Assembly: GCA_964387845.1 (NCBI GenBank)
Contig: CAYLXA010000005.1
Location: 140,955 to 204,954 of the forward strand
Length of the DNA stretch: 64,000 bases
Direction of reading: 5' to 3'
Origin: an uncultured bacterium
GTDB lineage: Bacteria; Omnitrophota; Omnitrophia; Omnitrophales; Abzuiibacteriaceae
Shown: positions 30,315 to 40,168 of the stretch, piece after piece
How the letters are laid out: every line of letters begins with the position of its first letter
Position numbering within the stretch: the first letter of the stretch is position 1
Position numbers and translations under genes: made by a program
The notes under the pieces: model-generated
Databases searched by the model: none
Seen by the model: the letters and a program-made list of their open reading frames with translations, nothing else
What the model was told of the DNA's origin: nothing

Positions 30315-31154
30315 ATGACGAAATTTTTTATGTTTACTATTAAAGCACCGGATTTTAATTTAGAGGCGACTCTGGAATCCGGACAGGTGTTCGGGTTCCA
30401 GAAATCACCGGATGGATTTTACGAGGGCACGATTGACGGCAGAGAGGTCCGGTTGCGTCAAGATTTAAACTTTCTTCAGGTTCAAAATCATTCGCAAAAA
30501 AGCACGGAGCCAAAAGTCCGGCACTTTTTTGATTTAGATCGCGATTTAAATCCTGTTTACGAAATTTTGAACAAAGAAGAACCCCTCGCCAAAATCCTCC
30601 AAAAATTTCGAGGGCTTCGCCTGATCCGGCAAAATTCATGGGAAGCGCTTGCATGCTTTATCATTTCTTCCAACAACAATGTGAAGCGCATTCAGGGAAT
30701 TTGGAAAAACCTGACATCACGTTTGAGTGCAGACGGTTTTTCGTTTCCGAAGCCGTTTGAAATTGCTAAGAGCCATGAGCGGATGCTGAGAGAACTTGGG
30801 CTTGGCTACCGTGCACCGTTTTTATTTCGTTCCGCACAATTTTTGGCGCACAATCCCGTAAGTCTTGATCTCATTCGTGAAGCGGAATATTCGGAAGCAC
30901 GCCACAGGCTGCTTCAATTTCCCGGCATCGGCCCCAAAGTCGCGGATTGCGCGCTCCTGTACGGATTTCAAAAATATGAAGCGTTTCCTGTTGATGTTTG
31001 GATTTTGCGTGTGATGCGGAAATTATACTTCCGAAATCGGAAGGTTTCGGAAGAAAAAATTCACGGTTTTGGCCAAAAGCGCTGGGGAAATCTTGCGGGC
31101 TATGTGCAGCAATATTTATTTCACGGTGCCCGCAGCGGTCTTTTTGATCTTTAA
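30315..31154 (+). CDS. ogg: 8-oxoguanine DNA glycosylase / HhH-GPD family N-glycosylase-lyase
   Basis: Hh[23 protein letters not shown] with catalytic Lys/Asp arrangement of Ogg-type enzymes. Confidence 0.7.
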   Translation: MTKFFMFTIKAPDFNLEATLESGQVFGFQKSPDGFYEGTIDGREVRLRQDLNFLQVQNHSQKSTEPKVRHFFDLDRDLNPVYEILNKEEPLAKILQKFRGLRLIRQNSWEALACFIISSNNNVKRIQGIWKNLTSRLSADGFSFPKPFEIAKSHERMLRELGLGYRAPFLFRSAQFLAHNPVSLDLIREAEYSEARHRLLQFPGIGPKVADCALLYGFQKYEAFPVDVWILRVMRKLYFRNRKVSEEKIHGFGQKRWGNLAGYVQQYLFHGARSGLFDL

Positions 31155-32824
31155 CCGGTAATGGCGCCCTTCGATGAAGAGGAAACAAGCTTCGCGTATT
31201 TTGCCATGACGCCCATTTTGTAACGGGGTTTCGGTTCTTTCCATTTGCGAAGCCGCGCGTCGATTTCTTTCTTAGACAGTTTCACATCCAACCGGCGTTT
31301 TTTGGTATCGATCACGATCGTATCGCCGTTTTTCAAAGCGGCGATGGGCCCGCAAACCGCCGCTTCCGGCGCGACGTGGCCGATCATGAGGCCGTGCGTG
31401 GCACCCGAAAACCTTCCGTCTGTGAGAAGCGCGACAGATTCACCGAGTCCTTCACCGACAATGGCAGCAGTGACGCTGAGCATTTCACGCATGCCGGGGC
31501 CGCCTTTGGGGCCTTCGTAACGGATCACAATCACGTCGCCGGATTTGATTTTTCGGTCTTTTACCGCTTGAAAGGCATCTTCTTCACATTCAAACACTTT
31601 CGCCGGGCCTTCATGAAAAGCCCGAGTCTTTTCGGACATTTTCACAACGCAGCCTTCGGGCGCGAGATTGCCTTTTAAAATCACAAGGCCGCCCGTGGGT
31701 TTCAGGGGATTTGAAAGCGGACGGACGACTTCTTGATTTTTGATTTCAACGGCTTTGGATGCTTCATCACCGATAGTTTTTCCGGTCACCGTTAAACAAT
31801 CTTTGTGGAGTATCTTTGCTTCAAGCAGGCGCTTGGCAATCAACGGAATGCCGCCGACATTGTAAAGATCATTGGCCACGAACTTTCCGCTCGGTTTCAA
31901 ATCGGCGAGCAGGGGAGTTTTGGCGCTGATTTTATCGAAATCTTCAATTTTTAACGGAATTCCGGCTTCATAGGCCACGGCTAACAAATGTAAAACACCG
32001 TTTGTAGAGCCGCCGGTTGTTGCAACTGCCGCAATAGCGTTCTCGATCGATTGGCGAGTGATAATTTTGTTTGGCCGAATATCTTTTTTCAAAAGTTCCA
32101 TGACCATATGGCCGCACTGGCGCGCGATTTCAAACTTCTTAGGATCCAAAGCCGGAATGCTGTTGGCGCCCATCGGCGAAATGCCCATGACTTCGAACGC
32201 GGTCGACATCGTGTTGGCCGTGAATTGTCCGCCGCAAGCGCCGGCGCCGGGGCAGGCCTCGTCTTCTAAGTCATGCACTTCCTCCGGTGTCATTTTTCCG
32301 GCCGCGCATTTTCCGACGGCTTCGAAAACGTCTTGAATGGTGACGTCCTTACCTTTGAATTTTCCGGGTGCGATCGAGCCGCCATAGAGCATTAATGAAG
32401 GCACATTTAAACGGATGAGTGCCATCACAGTTCCCGGAATGGTTTTGTCGCATCCCGAAAGCGCAATCACGGCGTCTAATAAATGCGAGCGCGCGGCAAG
32501 TTCAATGGAGTCGGCGACCACTTCGCGGCTCACGAGAGAGCCTTTCATGCCCTCGGTGCCCATAGTGATGCCGTCTGAAACGGAGATGGTATTGAATTCG
32601 ATCGGTGTTCCGCCGGCTTCGCGAATCCCTTGGCGTACTTTCTCGGCTAGATCGCGCAGATGGAAATTGCACGGCATGACTTCGATCCAGGTATTGGCGA
32701 TACCGATTAACGGCTTATCGAGATCCTCGTCTTTGAGGCCGATGGCCTTGAGCATGGCGCGCGCCGGAGCACGGTCAGTGCCGTCGGTTAAGAATTTGCT
32801 GCGGTGTTTCAAGGGTGATGACAT
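31151..32824 (-). CDS. ilvD: dihydroxy-acid dehydratase
   Basis: 557 aa; [29 protein letters not shown]..., CDKTIPG and CPGAGACGG Fe-S ligand motifs. Confidence 0.95.
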   Translation of the reverse strand: MSSPLKHRSKFLTDGTDRAPARAMLKAIGLKDEDLDKPLIGIANTWIEVMPCNFHLRDLAEKVRQGIREAGGTPIEFNTISVSDGITMGTEGMKGSLVSREVVADSIELAARSHLLDAVIALSGCDKTIPGTVMALIRLNVPSLMLYGGSIAPGKFKGKDVTIQDVFEAVGKCAAGKMTPEEVHDLEDEACPGAGACGGQFTANTMSTAFEVMGISPMGANSIPALDPKKFEIARQCGHMVMELLKKDIRPNKIITRQSIENAIAAVATTGGSTNGVLHLLAVAYEAGIPLKIEDFDKISAKTPLLADLKPSGKFVANDLYNVGGIPLIAKRLLEAKILHKDCLTVTGKTIGDEASKAVEIKNQEVVRPLSNPLKPTGGLVILKGNLAPEGCVVKMSEKTRAFHEGPAKVFECEEDAFQAVKDRKIKSGDVIVIRYEGPKGGPGMREMLSVTAAIVGEGLGESVALLTDGRFSGATHGLMIGHVAPEAAVCGPIAALKNGDTIVIDTKKRRLDVKLSKKEIDARLRKWKEPKPRYKMGVMAKYAKLVSSSSKGAITG

Positions 32825-32935
32825 GAATTCCTCCGGTCGATAATCTTTAAAAGCGTCAATATAATCCCAGTTTCAGAAAAAGAAAACAGTTTTTTTATGC
32901 GTCCCAATTATGATAAATTGAGCGGGTTTTGACTC

Positions 32936-33010
32936 GGGCCCTTAGCTCAACCTGGTTAGAGCAGGGCGCTCATAACGCCTTGGTTGGAGGTTCAAATCCT
33001 CCAGGGCCCA
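32936..33010 (+). tRNA. tRNA-Met (CAT anticodon; could be the Ile2 lysidine type)
   Basis: GGGCCCT acceptor paired with AGGGCCC, D arm GCTC/GAGC, anticodon loop CTCATAA, T arm GGAGGTTCAAATCCTCC; G1-C72 pair so not an initiator. Confidence 0.85.
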
Positions 33011-33149
33011 TTCTGCGTCGCTGCGTCCTTTGCGGCGCAGCTATGCAGAATTGAAAAGTCGGAGGATTTGAAGGGAGCCCCGCATGACGCGAGGAAAGCC
33101 GAGCGTCAAGCTTGCGGGGCTTCGAAGAACAAGTTCTACTACAAAAAAT

Positions 33150-33527
33150 ATGAAACTAAATTTTTGGACTTTGCTCATGCTTTTGACAATCACCGGCTGC
33201 TCGCATCCGCCGGTTCAGACTGCTGTGTGGCACCGAAGCATCTCGGGTGTTATCAGCGAAGTGAACCGGGATGATTATCGTTTTGTCTTGTTAAGTGAAG
33301 ATGCTGTGAGCGGAGTCACAAGCGTTTTTCAATTGAAGCCGGATACCGGTACGCGATTTCAAAACGCCGTGGGTTTCCGTGATTTAGGAAAAGGCGATTC
33401 AGTTTCGGTCGATTTTACGCAAAATGCAAAGGGCGAGTTTGTTCCTAGCCGGGTTATTTTAACCAAGAAAGCAGTGGAAGACGAATCAAGCCAGGCGGAA
33501 AGCAAAGGATACGCGCTTCTCGAATGA
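33150..33527 (+). CDS. lipoprotein (hypothetical)
   Basis: MKLNFWTLLMLLTITGCSHP lipobox; the track ORF starts further upstream at 33084. Confidence 0.5.
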   Translation: MKLNFWTLLMLLTITGCSHPPVQTAVWHRSISGVISEVNRDDYRFVLLSEDAVSGVTSVFQLKPDTGTRFQNAVGFRDLGKGDSVSVDFTQNAKGEFVPSRVILTKKAVEDESSQAESKGYALLE

Positions 33528-33546
33528 TGAAACAAATGGGTGCAGC

Positions 33547-34701
33547 TTGAAAATTTTACGGACTTATTGCCTCAAAGAATTGGTGACACCTTTTTTGCTC
33601 TCACTTTCTCTTTTCGGCTTTGTGTTTATTGTCGGTAATTTGGTGAAGCTTGCGGATTTGCTCGTCAACCGCGGCGTCAGCATTGTTGATATTATCAAAA
33701 TCCTGCTTCTCTTGATTCCGGAACTCATCGGATTTATTTTGCCGACCGCAGCGCTGGCGTCGGTGCTTTTGGTTTTCGGCGGATTTGCGCAGAATAATGA
33801 AATTACGGCAATGAAGGCAAGCGGGGTCAATATTTTCCGCGTGATGATCCCAATCATGACCATCGCACTGATCATGAGCATCGGCGCTTTGTTTTTGATC
33901 GATCAGCTCCAGCCCCGCGCTAAATTTACTTCGCGCATGATCATCAATGAGATGTTGACCAAAAAACCGACGGCTTATATCGAATCTGGGCGCTTCATCA
34001 AGGATTTCAAAGGTTACATTCTGCGTGTCCGTAATGTGAAAGGAAATCAGTTGGAGGGCGTTACGATTTTCCAGATGCGTGAAGGCGGGCCGACGCGGAC
34101 CATCATGGCCGAGCGGGGCGAGCTGGTGACGTCGGATGACGGCGAGCACAACACAGTCGGGCTTCAGCTTTATAACGGAACCAGCGATGAACCAAATCCG
34201 GATGATCCGACGGTGGTTTATAAATTAAATTTTGATACTTTCTTTCTGCCCGCGATTAACGTGACGGACAATGCGTCTCAGAAGTCAAAGCGCAAAATCA
34301 AAGAAATGACGCTCGATGAACTCATTTTGATTTTACGCAATATGCGGGATTATAAAGAAGAGATGCGGGAGCAGGGAAAAGCAGAAGATGAAATTGCAAC
34401 CGAAACCCAGGAGTTGACATTAAGAGCAAAGGCCGAAATTCACAAGAAAATCGCATTTTCCCTTGCCACTTTTTGTTTTGTCATGGTCGGACTTCCGCTT
34501 GCAATCGTCACGCGGCGCGGCGAAGCCGTCGTCAGCTTTGGTTTGTCGATGGCTGTCGTGGCGATCTACTATATTTTGTTTATTTGGGGAGGCACGCTCG
34601 CGGTAAACGGTTATCTGCCTGCTTATATCGCGCTTTGGATTCCCAACGTGGTTGCGATTCTGGCATCAACCTTCTTCATGGCGAAGATTGTGCGGTTATA
34701 G
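33547..34701 (+). CDS. LptF/LptG-family LPS export permease
   Basis: YjgP/YjgQ topology: 3 N-terminal TM helices, periplasmic beta-jellyroll domain, 3 C-terminal TM helices; ILRTYCLKELVTPFLLSL start. Confidence 0.8.
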   Translation: MKILRTYCLKELVTPFLLSLSLFGFVFIVGNLVKLADLLVNRGVSIVDIIKILLLLIPELIGFILPTAALASVLLVFGGFAQNNEITAMKASGVNIFRVMIPIMTIALIMSIGALFLIDQLQPRAKFTSRMIINEMLTKKPTAYIESGRFIKDFKGYILRVRNVKGNQLEGVTIFQMREGGPTRTIMAERGELVTSDDGEHNTVGLQLYNGTSDEPNPDDPTVVYKLNFDTFFLPAINVTDNASQKSKRKIKEMTLDELILILRNMRDYKEEMREQGKAEDEIATETQELTLRAKAEIHKKIAFSLATFCFVMVGLPLAIVTRRGEAVVSFGLSMAVVAIYYILFIWGGTLAVNGYLPAYIALWIPNVVAILASTFFMAKIVRL

Positions 34702-34744
34702 CTCTTTTGTGTTATACTCTTTCGGTTCTTTGAGAAAGGCTTTT

Positions 34745-35172
34745 CTCGGTAGATGATCGCCTGCTGCATTTTGCAGTGGGAGGAAAGTCCGAACTTCACA
34801 GGGCAAGGCGCCCCGTAATACGGGGTGGGGCGGGAGCAAATCCCGCTTTAAGGAAAGTGCCACAGAGATTATACATCCGAAGTGGTAAGTGATAAGTGGT
34901 AGGTGGTAAATAGTAAATAAAGGAGTTATTGGCTTCTCATCAACTTAGCACTTACAACTTATCACTTACTACTGGATAAAGGTGAAACGGTGGCGTAAGA
35001 GACCACCGTGTATCGGCGTAAGCTGGTATGCAAGGTAAACCCCGCCTGAAGAAAGATGAAGATCGCGCAAGTTGACTTGTTCAGCTCAGGGCGGCCCGTT
35101 CTGCGCGCGTCTAACAAGATCGAATGACCCGAGGTTGCAAAATCCGGGCTAGACAGATGATCATCGCTTCTT
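34745..35172 (+). ncRNA. rnpB: RNase P RNA (bacterial type A)
   Basis: GGAGGAAAGTCCGAAC...ACAGGGCA (P4 region), AGGAAAGTGCCACAGAG (P10/P11), GGTGAAACGGTGGCGTAAGAGACCACC (P13/P14), CAAGGTAAACCCCGCCTGAAG, ...GGGCTAGACAGATGATCATCGC 3' end; ends approximate. Confidence 0.8.
34881..34973. repeat. GTAAGT-class hairpin embedded in RNase P RNA (forms the P12 helix)
   Basis: agtggtaagtgataagtggtaggtggtaaatagtaaataaagg ... caacttagcacttacaacttatcacttactact, lying between the AGGAAAGTGCCACAGAG and GGTGAAACGGTGGCG conserved blocks. Confidence 0.7.
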
Positions 35173-35173
35173 C

Positions 35174-35258
35174 AGTTGTAAGTGATAAGTGATAAGTGGT
35201 AAGTTGTAAGTTTTAAGAATTCATAAACTTATCACTTAAAACTTACCACTTACAACTG
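35174..35258. repeat. GTAAGT-class hairpin element with CCAGTTGTAAGT...ACTTACAACTGG termini
   Basis: cagttgtaagtgataagtgataagtggtaagttgtaag-ttttaagaattcataa-acttatcacttaaaacttaccacttacaactgg, directly 3' of rnpB. Confidence 0.75.
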
Positions 35259-35305
35259 GGGAAGAAACAGAATTCGGCTTATGCCGAGAAAAGCCTCTCT
35301 TTTTT

Positions 35306-35390
35306 AGTTTTAAGTGATAAGCGTTAAGGGATAAGTTAAAAACTGCATATTTTTGTTTTTCTTACCTCTTACAACTTATCACTTACCACC
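35306..35390. repeat. GTAAGT-class hairpin element (degenerate)
   Basis: agttttaagtgataagcgttaagggataagtt ... cttacctcttacaacttatcacttaccacc. Confidence 0.6.
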
Positions 35391-35435
35391 GAATCCACTT
35401 AATTTCCTCTGCATAGTTATCAGATTATCCTCCTT

Positions 35436-35484
35436 GACAAATCGTATATGTAATGTATTATTTAATATATAGAATGTATTACAT
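35436..35484. promoter_or_regulatory. promoter/operator region of the RHH-PIN pair (TTGACA plus AATGTATTA direct repeats)
   Basis: ttgacaaatcgtatatgtAATGTATTAtttaatatatagAATGTATTAcat upstream of the GGAG RBS. Confidence 0.3.
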
Positions 35485-35496
35485 TAAGGAGACCCT

Positions 35497-35730
35497 ATGA
35501 AACGAAAAGAAAAGCGAGAGGGCTTGACCTCCGTTCAAATCCGACCTCAAATTGCCCGCATGATGGAGAAGTTTGCGCGCCGGGGCCTCAGTAAGAGCGA
35601 GTTAATCAATGAAGCCCTCAGGCAATATTTGATCGAGAAAGAATTTCAGGAACTGCGCAATGAACTGCTTCCTTACGCCCAGGCGAAGGGTATTTATACC
35701 GATGAAGATGTCGAGCGGCTTTTGAAATGA
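35497..35730 (+). CDS. ribbon-helix-helix antitoxin (CopG/VapB-like)
   Basis: VQIRPQIARMMEKFARRGLSKSELINEALRQYL: RHH DNA-binding fold; overlaps the PIN gene by 4 nt. Confidence 0.65.
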   Translation: MKRKEKREGLTSVQIRPQIARMMEKFARRGLSKSELINEALRQYLIEKEFQELRNELLPYAQAKGIYTDEDVERLLK

Positions 35731-36122
35731 AAGTTGTTTTTGACACCAATGTCTTAATCTCAGGTTTTCTGACAACCACCGGCCTTTGCGAGCGCGCACT
35801 GAACATCGGGCTCAAACGCCATGCGGTCATTTTATCTGAGTTTATTCTGAAGGAATTTGGTGAGAAATTGCACCATAAATTAGAAGTGCCGTTAGAGAAG
35901 GTTTTGCGTACAGTTACTTTTTTAAAGAAAAGAACGCTGGTTTTGGACATTCCGAACAACCCAAAAATTGAGTTTTCAGATAAGAAAGATATCCCCATCT
36001 TGAGTCTGATAGAAGCCGCGAAGCCAAATTATTTGGTCACAGGAGATAAGCGTTTGCTTGGCTTAAAGAAGTTTGGCCCAACCCTCATCATCTCCGCCAG
36101 GGAAGGAGTAGAGGTTCTTTAA
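35727..36122 (+). CDS. PIN-domain toxin (VapC-like)
   Basis: MKVVFDTNVLISGFL, ...LVTGDKRLL: acidic PIN residues. Confidence 0.8.
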   Translation: MKVVFDTNVLISGFLTTTGLCERALNIGLKRHAVILSEFILKEFGEKLHHKLEVPLEKVLRTVTFLKKRTLVLDIPNNPKIEFSDKKDIPILSLIEAAKPNYLVTGDKRLLGLKKFGPTLIISAREGVEVL

Positions 36123-36224
36123 AGCAAGCGTCAAGCCACCGGCTACAGGCCTCAAGCTTAAAAGGCTGAAGCTTAGGGCTTATAGCTTGAAGCCTGCAGC
36201 CTGCGGCTAGTAGCTTGACTACAG
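36123..36224. repeat. AAGCYT-class hairpin element
   Basis: agcaagcgtcaagccaccggctacaggcctcaagctta-aaaggc-tgaagcttagggcttatagcttgaagcctgcagcctgcggctagtagcttgact; begins at the PIN toxin stop. Confidence 0.65.
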
Positions 36225-36405
36225 ATAATCCCCAAAAAACCTGATTTTCACGAAAAACCACGGTTTTAAGAAGATTTTCCCTATAGAAATTCACTTTTCA
36301 AAAGCCCGCAAGTAAGTCATCCTGGACTTTTGCTAGCCCTTGAATTCCCCCCCCATGTGTTAATTTTCCTTTGAAGTAAGTCAAATCAAAAGGAGAAATA
36401 AAAAA

Positions 36406-36987
36406 ATGAAACAATTTGCCATTGCTCTAGTTTTAATCGCTTTAATCCTGATGCCAAACATGGTTTTCGCTGCACAAAAAGCAGTATCACCGGCCAATAT
36501 CAGTGAAACAGCCACCTTGACACCTTCTACGCCAGTGGAATTTCCTACCAAAGTGTATAAATTTGATAACGGGGAAACAGCGAAGATTGGCGCAAAATAT
36601 GAGGTGGGATTAAATGACAGTGCGGAACCTCAAGTTGTTTTGAAAGCAAAAATGGAATTTCCGGGCGGCAATACGATTGAAAAAACACTACCCATGGGAG
36701 AATATGCAGGTCCCACAGAAATCAACATAACACCCGCAGAATTTCCGGAAGATGGTGGAGATAGCGGAATTACTCCTCCCAACGAACCAAATTCAGCCAA
36801 TTCTCTTTCGTGTGGTTACGTTCCTCATCCGAATGGTGCAAATTTTTCGTGTGTAAACTGCAGCAGTGGGCTTCAGAGCTGTTCATTGTGCTGGGGTACA
36901 ACTGACGGTTTTTGGGGGCCTCTTCCGTATGTCAGGAGCAATTGTCACACAAGGCCCGCTGTTGTCCCACAGTCATTTACAAATTAA
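36406..36987 (+). CDS. secreted protein with Cys-rich C-terminus (hypothetical)
   Basis: Signal peptide MKQFAIALVLIALILMPNMVFA; C-terminal SLSCGYVPHPNGANFSCVNCSSGLQSCSLCWGTTDGFWGP has 8 Cys. Confidence 0.5.
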   Translation: MKQFAIALVLIALILMPNMVFAAQKAVSPANISETATLTPSTPVEFPTKVYKFDNGETAKIGAKYEVGLNDSAEPQVVLKAKMEFPGGNTIEKTLPMGEYAGPTEINITPAEFPEDGGDSGITPPNEPNSANSLSCGYVPHPNGANFSCVNCSSGLQSCSLCWGTTDGFWGPLPYVRSNCHTRPAVVPQSFTN

Positions 36988-36994
36988 ATAATCC

Positions 36995-37022
36995 GGGGAC
37001 AGTCCCAATTGGGACTGTCCCC
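36995..37022. terminator. perfect 12-bp hairpin (terminator-like)
   Basis: GGGGACAGTCCC-aatt-GGGACTGTCCCC directly after the stop. Confidence 0.5.
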
Positions 37023-37038
37023 AATCAACTAGTTTTTC

Positions 37039-37067
37039 TTGACATTCGGATCCGTCTCGTGTAATAT
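37039..37067 (+). promoter_or_regulatory. pyr operon promoter TTGACA-17-TAATAT
   Basis: TTGACA 37039-37044, 17-nt spacer, TAATAT 37062-37067. Confidence 0.5.
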
Positions 37068-37084
37068 TCCATAACTTTAGCGCA
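37055..37084 (+). terminator. attenuator terminator in the pyr leader (PyrR-type attenuation)
   Basis: CCCGTC-tagaatccaca-GGCGGG then TTTTTTT, 210 nt upstream of pyrR; preceded by the stem-loop cugg-UUCUGCGAAA-ccag GAAAGG. Confidence 0.5.
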
Positions 37085-37204
37085 ATTGAAACCCTTTTAA
37101 TCTGGTTCTGCGAAACCAGGAAAGGCACGAAAATGAAAACCGACTCTTACTGTACCCGTCTAGAATCCACAGGCGGGTTTTTTTATGCCTCTTCCCGAAT
37201 AACG

Positions 37205-37280
37205 AGCCACAAGCTTCAGGCTGCAAGCTCCAAGCTTAAGGCTTTAAGCATGAAGCCTGGGGCCTGCAGCTTGAAGCCGC
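37205..37280. repeat. AAGCYT-class hairpin element inside the pyr leader
   Basis: gccacaagcttcaggctgcaagctccaagcttaaggctttaagcatgaagcctggggcctgcagcttgaagccgc, between the attenuator terminator and the pyrR start. Confidence 0.65.
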
Positions 37281-37293
37281 TATCGAGGTTCAC

Positions 37294-37830
37294 ATGAGCA
37301 AAATCATCATGAATAACGATGAAATGAATCGTGCGATTACGCGTATTGCACATGAAATCCTCGAAAAAAATCGAAACGACAAAAGTCTCGCGATTGTGGG
37401 GATCCGCACCGGAGGCGCATTTTTGGCCGAGCGGCTCCTTAAGAAAATAAAAGAAATCTCCAAAGAAGACATCCCCTCAGGCGTTCTCGATATCACACTT
37501 TACCGCGATGATTTGTCTGAGGTCGGCCCGCAGCCCGATGTGAAAGAAACCAAAATCGATTTTGATGTCACGGAGAAGATAATCGTAGTTGTGGATGACG
37601 TTCTCTTCACGGGCCGGACGGTGAAATGTGCTTTGGACGGCATCATTGATTACGGCAGGCCGAAAGCGATTCAGCTCGCGGTTTTGATCGACCGCGGCCA
37701 CCGGGAGCTTCCTATTAAGCCGGATTTTGTCGGCAAAAACATTCCAACTTCCAATAACGAAGAAGTCAGAGTCTATTTCACCGAAGAGCACGGCAAAGAC
37801 GAAGTGCTGGTCGAGGAGGTCAAACCATGA
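37294..37830 (+). CDS. pyrR: pyrimidine operon regulator / uracil phosphoribosyltransferase
   Basis: [18 protein letters not shown]...[16 protein letters not shown]...[11 protein letters not shown]: PRTase motif. Confidence 0.9.
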   Translation: MSKIIMNNDEMNRAITRIAHEILEKNRNDKSLAIVGIRTGGAFLAERLLKKIKEISKEDIPSGVLDITLYRDDLSEVGPQPDVKETKIDFDVTEKIIVVVDDVLFTGRTVKCALDGIIDYGRPKAIQLAVLIDRGHRELPIKPDFVGKNIPTSNNEEVRVYFTEEHGKDEVLVEEVKP

Positions 37831-38789
37831 CGGCGTCCGTAGCAACCATGAAGTGGACCAAAAAGGATCTTGTAGGGCTTCAGGATTTAACGCGCGAAGA
37901 AATCGAAATGATTCTTGATACCGCAAAGTCGTTACAGGAAATTTCCTCACGGCCGGTCAAAAAAGTTCCGACTCTACGCGGCAAAACAGTGGCCAACATT
38001 TTCTTCGAGCCAAGCACGAGGACCCGTATTTCGTTTGAGCTTGCCGAAAAAAGGTTAAGCGCAGATACCATTAATATTCAGGCGCAAACCTCAAGCACCG
38101 TAAAAGGCGAAACACTCAAAGACACAATCCGCAACATTGAAGCGCTAAAAGTGGAAATGATCGTAATGCGCCATCCGGCTTCCGGCGCGCCGCACCGGCT
38201 TGCAAAAGCGTTGGATGTCAGCGTGGTCAACGCAGGCGACGGCACGAACGAACATCCGACACAAGCGCTCTTAGATATGTTCACAATCCGTGAGAAGAAG
38301 GGAAAGCTTTCCGGGCTGCGCATAGCGTTTATCGGTGATATTTTACACAGCCGGGTTGCGCGTTCCAATATTTGGGGCCTGACCAAATTAGGCGCTCAGG
38401 TCGTTGTTTGCGGGCCAAAGACACTGCTGCCGCCGCAGGTGGAAAAGTTGGGCGTTGAAGTGACGACCGACCTCAGAAAAGCGATTAAAGGCGCGGATGT
38501 GATCAATTTGCTGCGCATCCAAACCGAACGGCAGAAAGAATGTTTTTTCCCGAGCATCCGCGAATATGCAAATCTTTACCAAATCAACCGCTCGGTTTTG
38601 GAAAATGCAAAGTCAGACGTTCTCATCATGCATCCCGGACCCGTGAACCGCGGCGTCGAAATTTCAAGCGAAGTCATGGACGGGCCTTATTCGGTCATCT
38701 TAGACCAGGTCACAAACGGACTTGCCGTGAGAATGGCGGTTTTGTACTTGCTGAGCGGTGTCAGAGGCTCGGCGGAGGGCGAAAAATAA
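37827..38789 (+). CDS. pyrB: aspartate carbamoyltransferase catalytic subunit
   Basis: [13 protein letters not shown] carbamoyl-phosphate-binding motif, HPTQ, 320 aa. Confidence 0.92.
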   Translation: MTASVATMKWTKKDLVGLQDLTREEIEMILDTAKSLQEISSRPVKKVPTLRGKTVANIFFEPSTRTRISFELAEKRLSADTINIQAQTSSTVKGETLKDTIRNIEALKVEMIVMRHPASGAPHRLAKALDVSVVNAGDGTNEHPTQALLDMFTIREKKGKLSGLRIAFIGDILHSRVARSNIWGLTKLGAQVVVCGPKTLLPPQVEKLGVEVTTDLRKAIKGADVINLLRIQTERQKECFFPSIREYANLYQINRSVLENAKSDVLIMHPGPVNRGVEISSEVMDGPYSVILDQVTNGLAVRMAVLYLLSGVRGSAEGEK

Positions 38790-38790
38790 C

Positions 38791-40068
38791 ATGCACCTAC
38801 TTATTCGAAACGCACGCATCCTGGATCCAAAAAATAAAATTGACGATACGCTCGACATTTTGACGCACAACCGAAAAATTCTCGAAATCAAAAAGAAAAT
38901 CGACGCGCAGGAAGGCGCCATTGAAGTCGATGCCAAAGGCCTCGTGGCTGTGCCGGGATTTATTGATATGCACGTTCACTTCCGCGAACCGGGTTTTGAG
39001 CAAAAGGAAACCATTTCAACCGGCGGCATGGCTGCTTTAAAAGGCGGAATTGTCGCAACGGTGACGATGCCAAATACTAATCCGCCGTGTGACCACCAAA
39101 GCGTTATTGATAACATTATCCGGAAAGCGAAAGAACTTCCGTTGAATGTGTTTCCCTCAGGAACTTTGAGTAAGAATCGCGAAGGCAAGGAACTTTCCGA
39201 AATGACCGACTTGAAACGCGCAGGCGCCATTGCCGTCACGGATGACGGAAGCTGGCTGTATGATTCGCTCCTCATGCGCCGCGCGATGGAATATGCGGGC
39301 ATGCTGGGACTTCTCGTGATCACACACGCCGAAGATCACCGGCTGAGCACGGGCGGCGTCATGAATGAAAGTTTATCATCGACCAAACTCGGCCTTCAGG
39401 GAACACCGAACGCGGCAGAAGACATCGCGGTTTTGCGGGATGTGGAACTTTGCCGGCTGACGCGCTCACCGCTTCACATTGCACATTTATCGACGAAAGG
39501 TGCCGTCGAAATCGTCCGCCGTGCAAAAGCAGAGGGGCTTCCGGTGACGGCTGAAGTGACGCCGCACCATTTGGCACTCACCGATGAATCAATCAAGGAT
39601 TACAACACGGATTTCAAAATGAATCCGCCGCTTCGGACCGAAGAAGACCGGCAGGCAATTTTAAAGGGACTCAAAGATGGAACCATCGATACGATCGCAA
39701 CGGATCACGCGCCGCATACGGAAGAAGAAAAAATGGCAGAGTTTCAGGATGCGCCGGTTGGTGTGATCGGCCTCGAGACTTCCGCATCGGTTGTGCTGAC
39801 CGAGCTTTATCACAAGAAAGTGCTAACGCTTGAGGAAATCATCCGGAAAATGTCCGTTCGCCCTGCGGAAATCTTAAAATTACCTTCGGGATTCGGCGAA
39901 ATCAAAGTCGGAACATCGCCCAACATCGCGTTCCTTAATCTGGACCAAGAATGGGATGTTAAAAAAGAAGGTTTTGTTTCAAAATCAAAGAATTCATGTT
40001 TTATCGGCCGCAAACTGAAAGGCCGTGTGGTGATGACAATTTGTGAAGGAAGGCTGTGGAAATGGTAA
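38791..40068 (+). CDS. pyrC: dihydroorotase
   Basis: MHLLIRNARILDP...VPGFIDMHVHFREPG metal-binding HxH; start taken at the conserved MHLL 1 nt after the pyrB stop (track start 38758 overlaps pyrB). Confidence 0.9.
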   Translation: MHLLIRNARILDPKNKIDDTLDILTHNRKILEIKKKIDAQEGAIEVDAKGLVAVPGFIDMHVHFREPGFEQKETISTGGMAALKGGIVATVTMPNTNPPCDHQSVIDNIIRKAKELPLNVFPSGTLSKNREGKELSEMTDLKRAGAIAVTDDGSWLYDSLLMRRAMEYAGMLGLLVITHAEDHRLSTGGVMNESLSSTKLGLQGTPNAAEDIAVLRDVELCRLTRSPLHIAHLSTKGAVEIVRRAKAEGLPVTAEVTPHHLALTDESIKDYNTDFKMNPPLRTEEDRQAILKGLKDGTIDTIATDHAPHTEEEKMAEFQDAPVGVIGLETSASVVLTELYHKKVLTLEEIIRKMSVRPAEILKLPSGFGEIKVGTSPNIAFLNLDQEWDVKKEGFVSKSKNSCFIGRKLKGRVVMTICEGRLWKW

Positions 40069-40070
40069 TT

Positions 40071-40152
40071 TTAGCGTATAGCGTTCAGCGGATAGCGTAT
40101 AGGAAAGACTATTCAATTTGTTCCTACCCGCTATACGCTAAACGCTATCCGC
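40071..40152. repeat. TAGCG-unit-class hairpin element between pyrC and carA
   Basis: ttttagcgtatagcgttcagcggatagcgtatag-gaaagactattcaatttgttcc-tacccgctatacgctaaacgctatccgcc. Confidence 0.7.
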
Positions 40153-40168
40153 CGACCGGAGATTGTTC

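Noticed and set aside
37080-37115. Exact Bacillus-type PyrR binding loop (UCCAGAGAGGCU) in the pyr leader
   Set aside because: Only a loose match (AAUCUGGUUCUGCGAAACCAGGAAAGG); attenuation was inferred from the terminator plus the downstream pyrR gene rather than from a confident binding-site match
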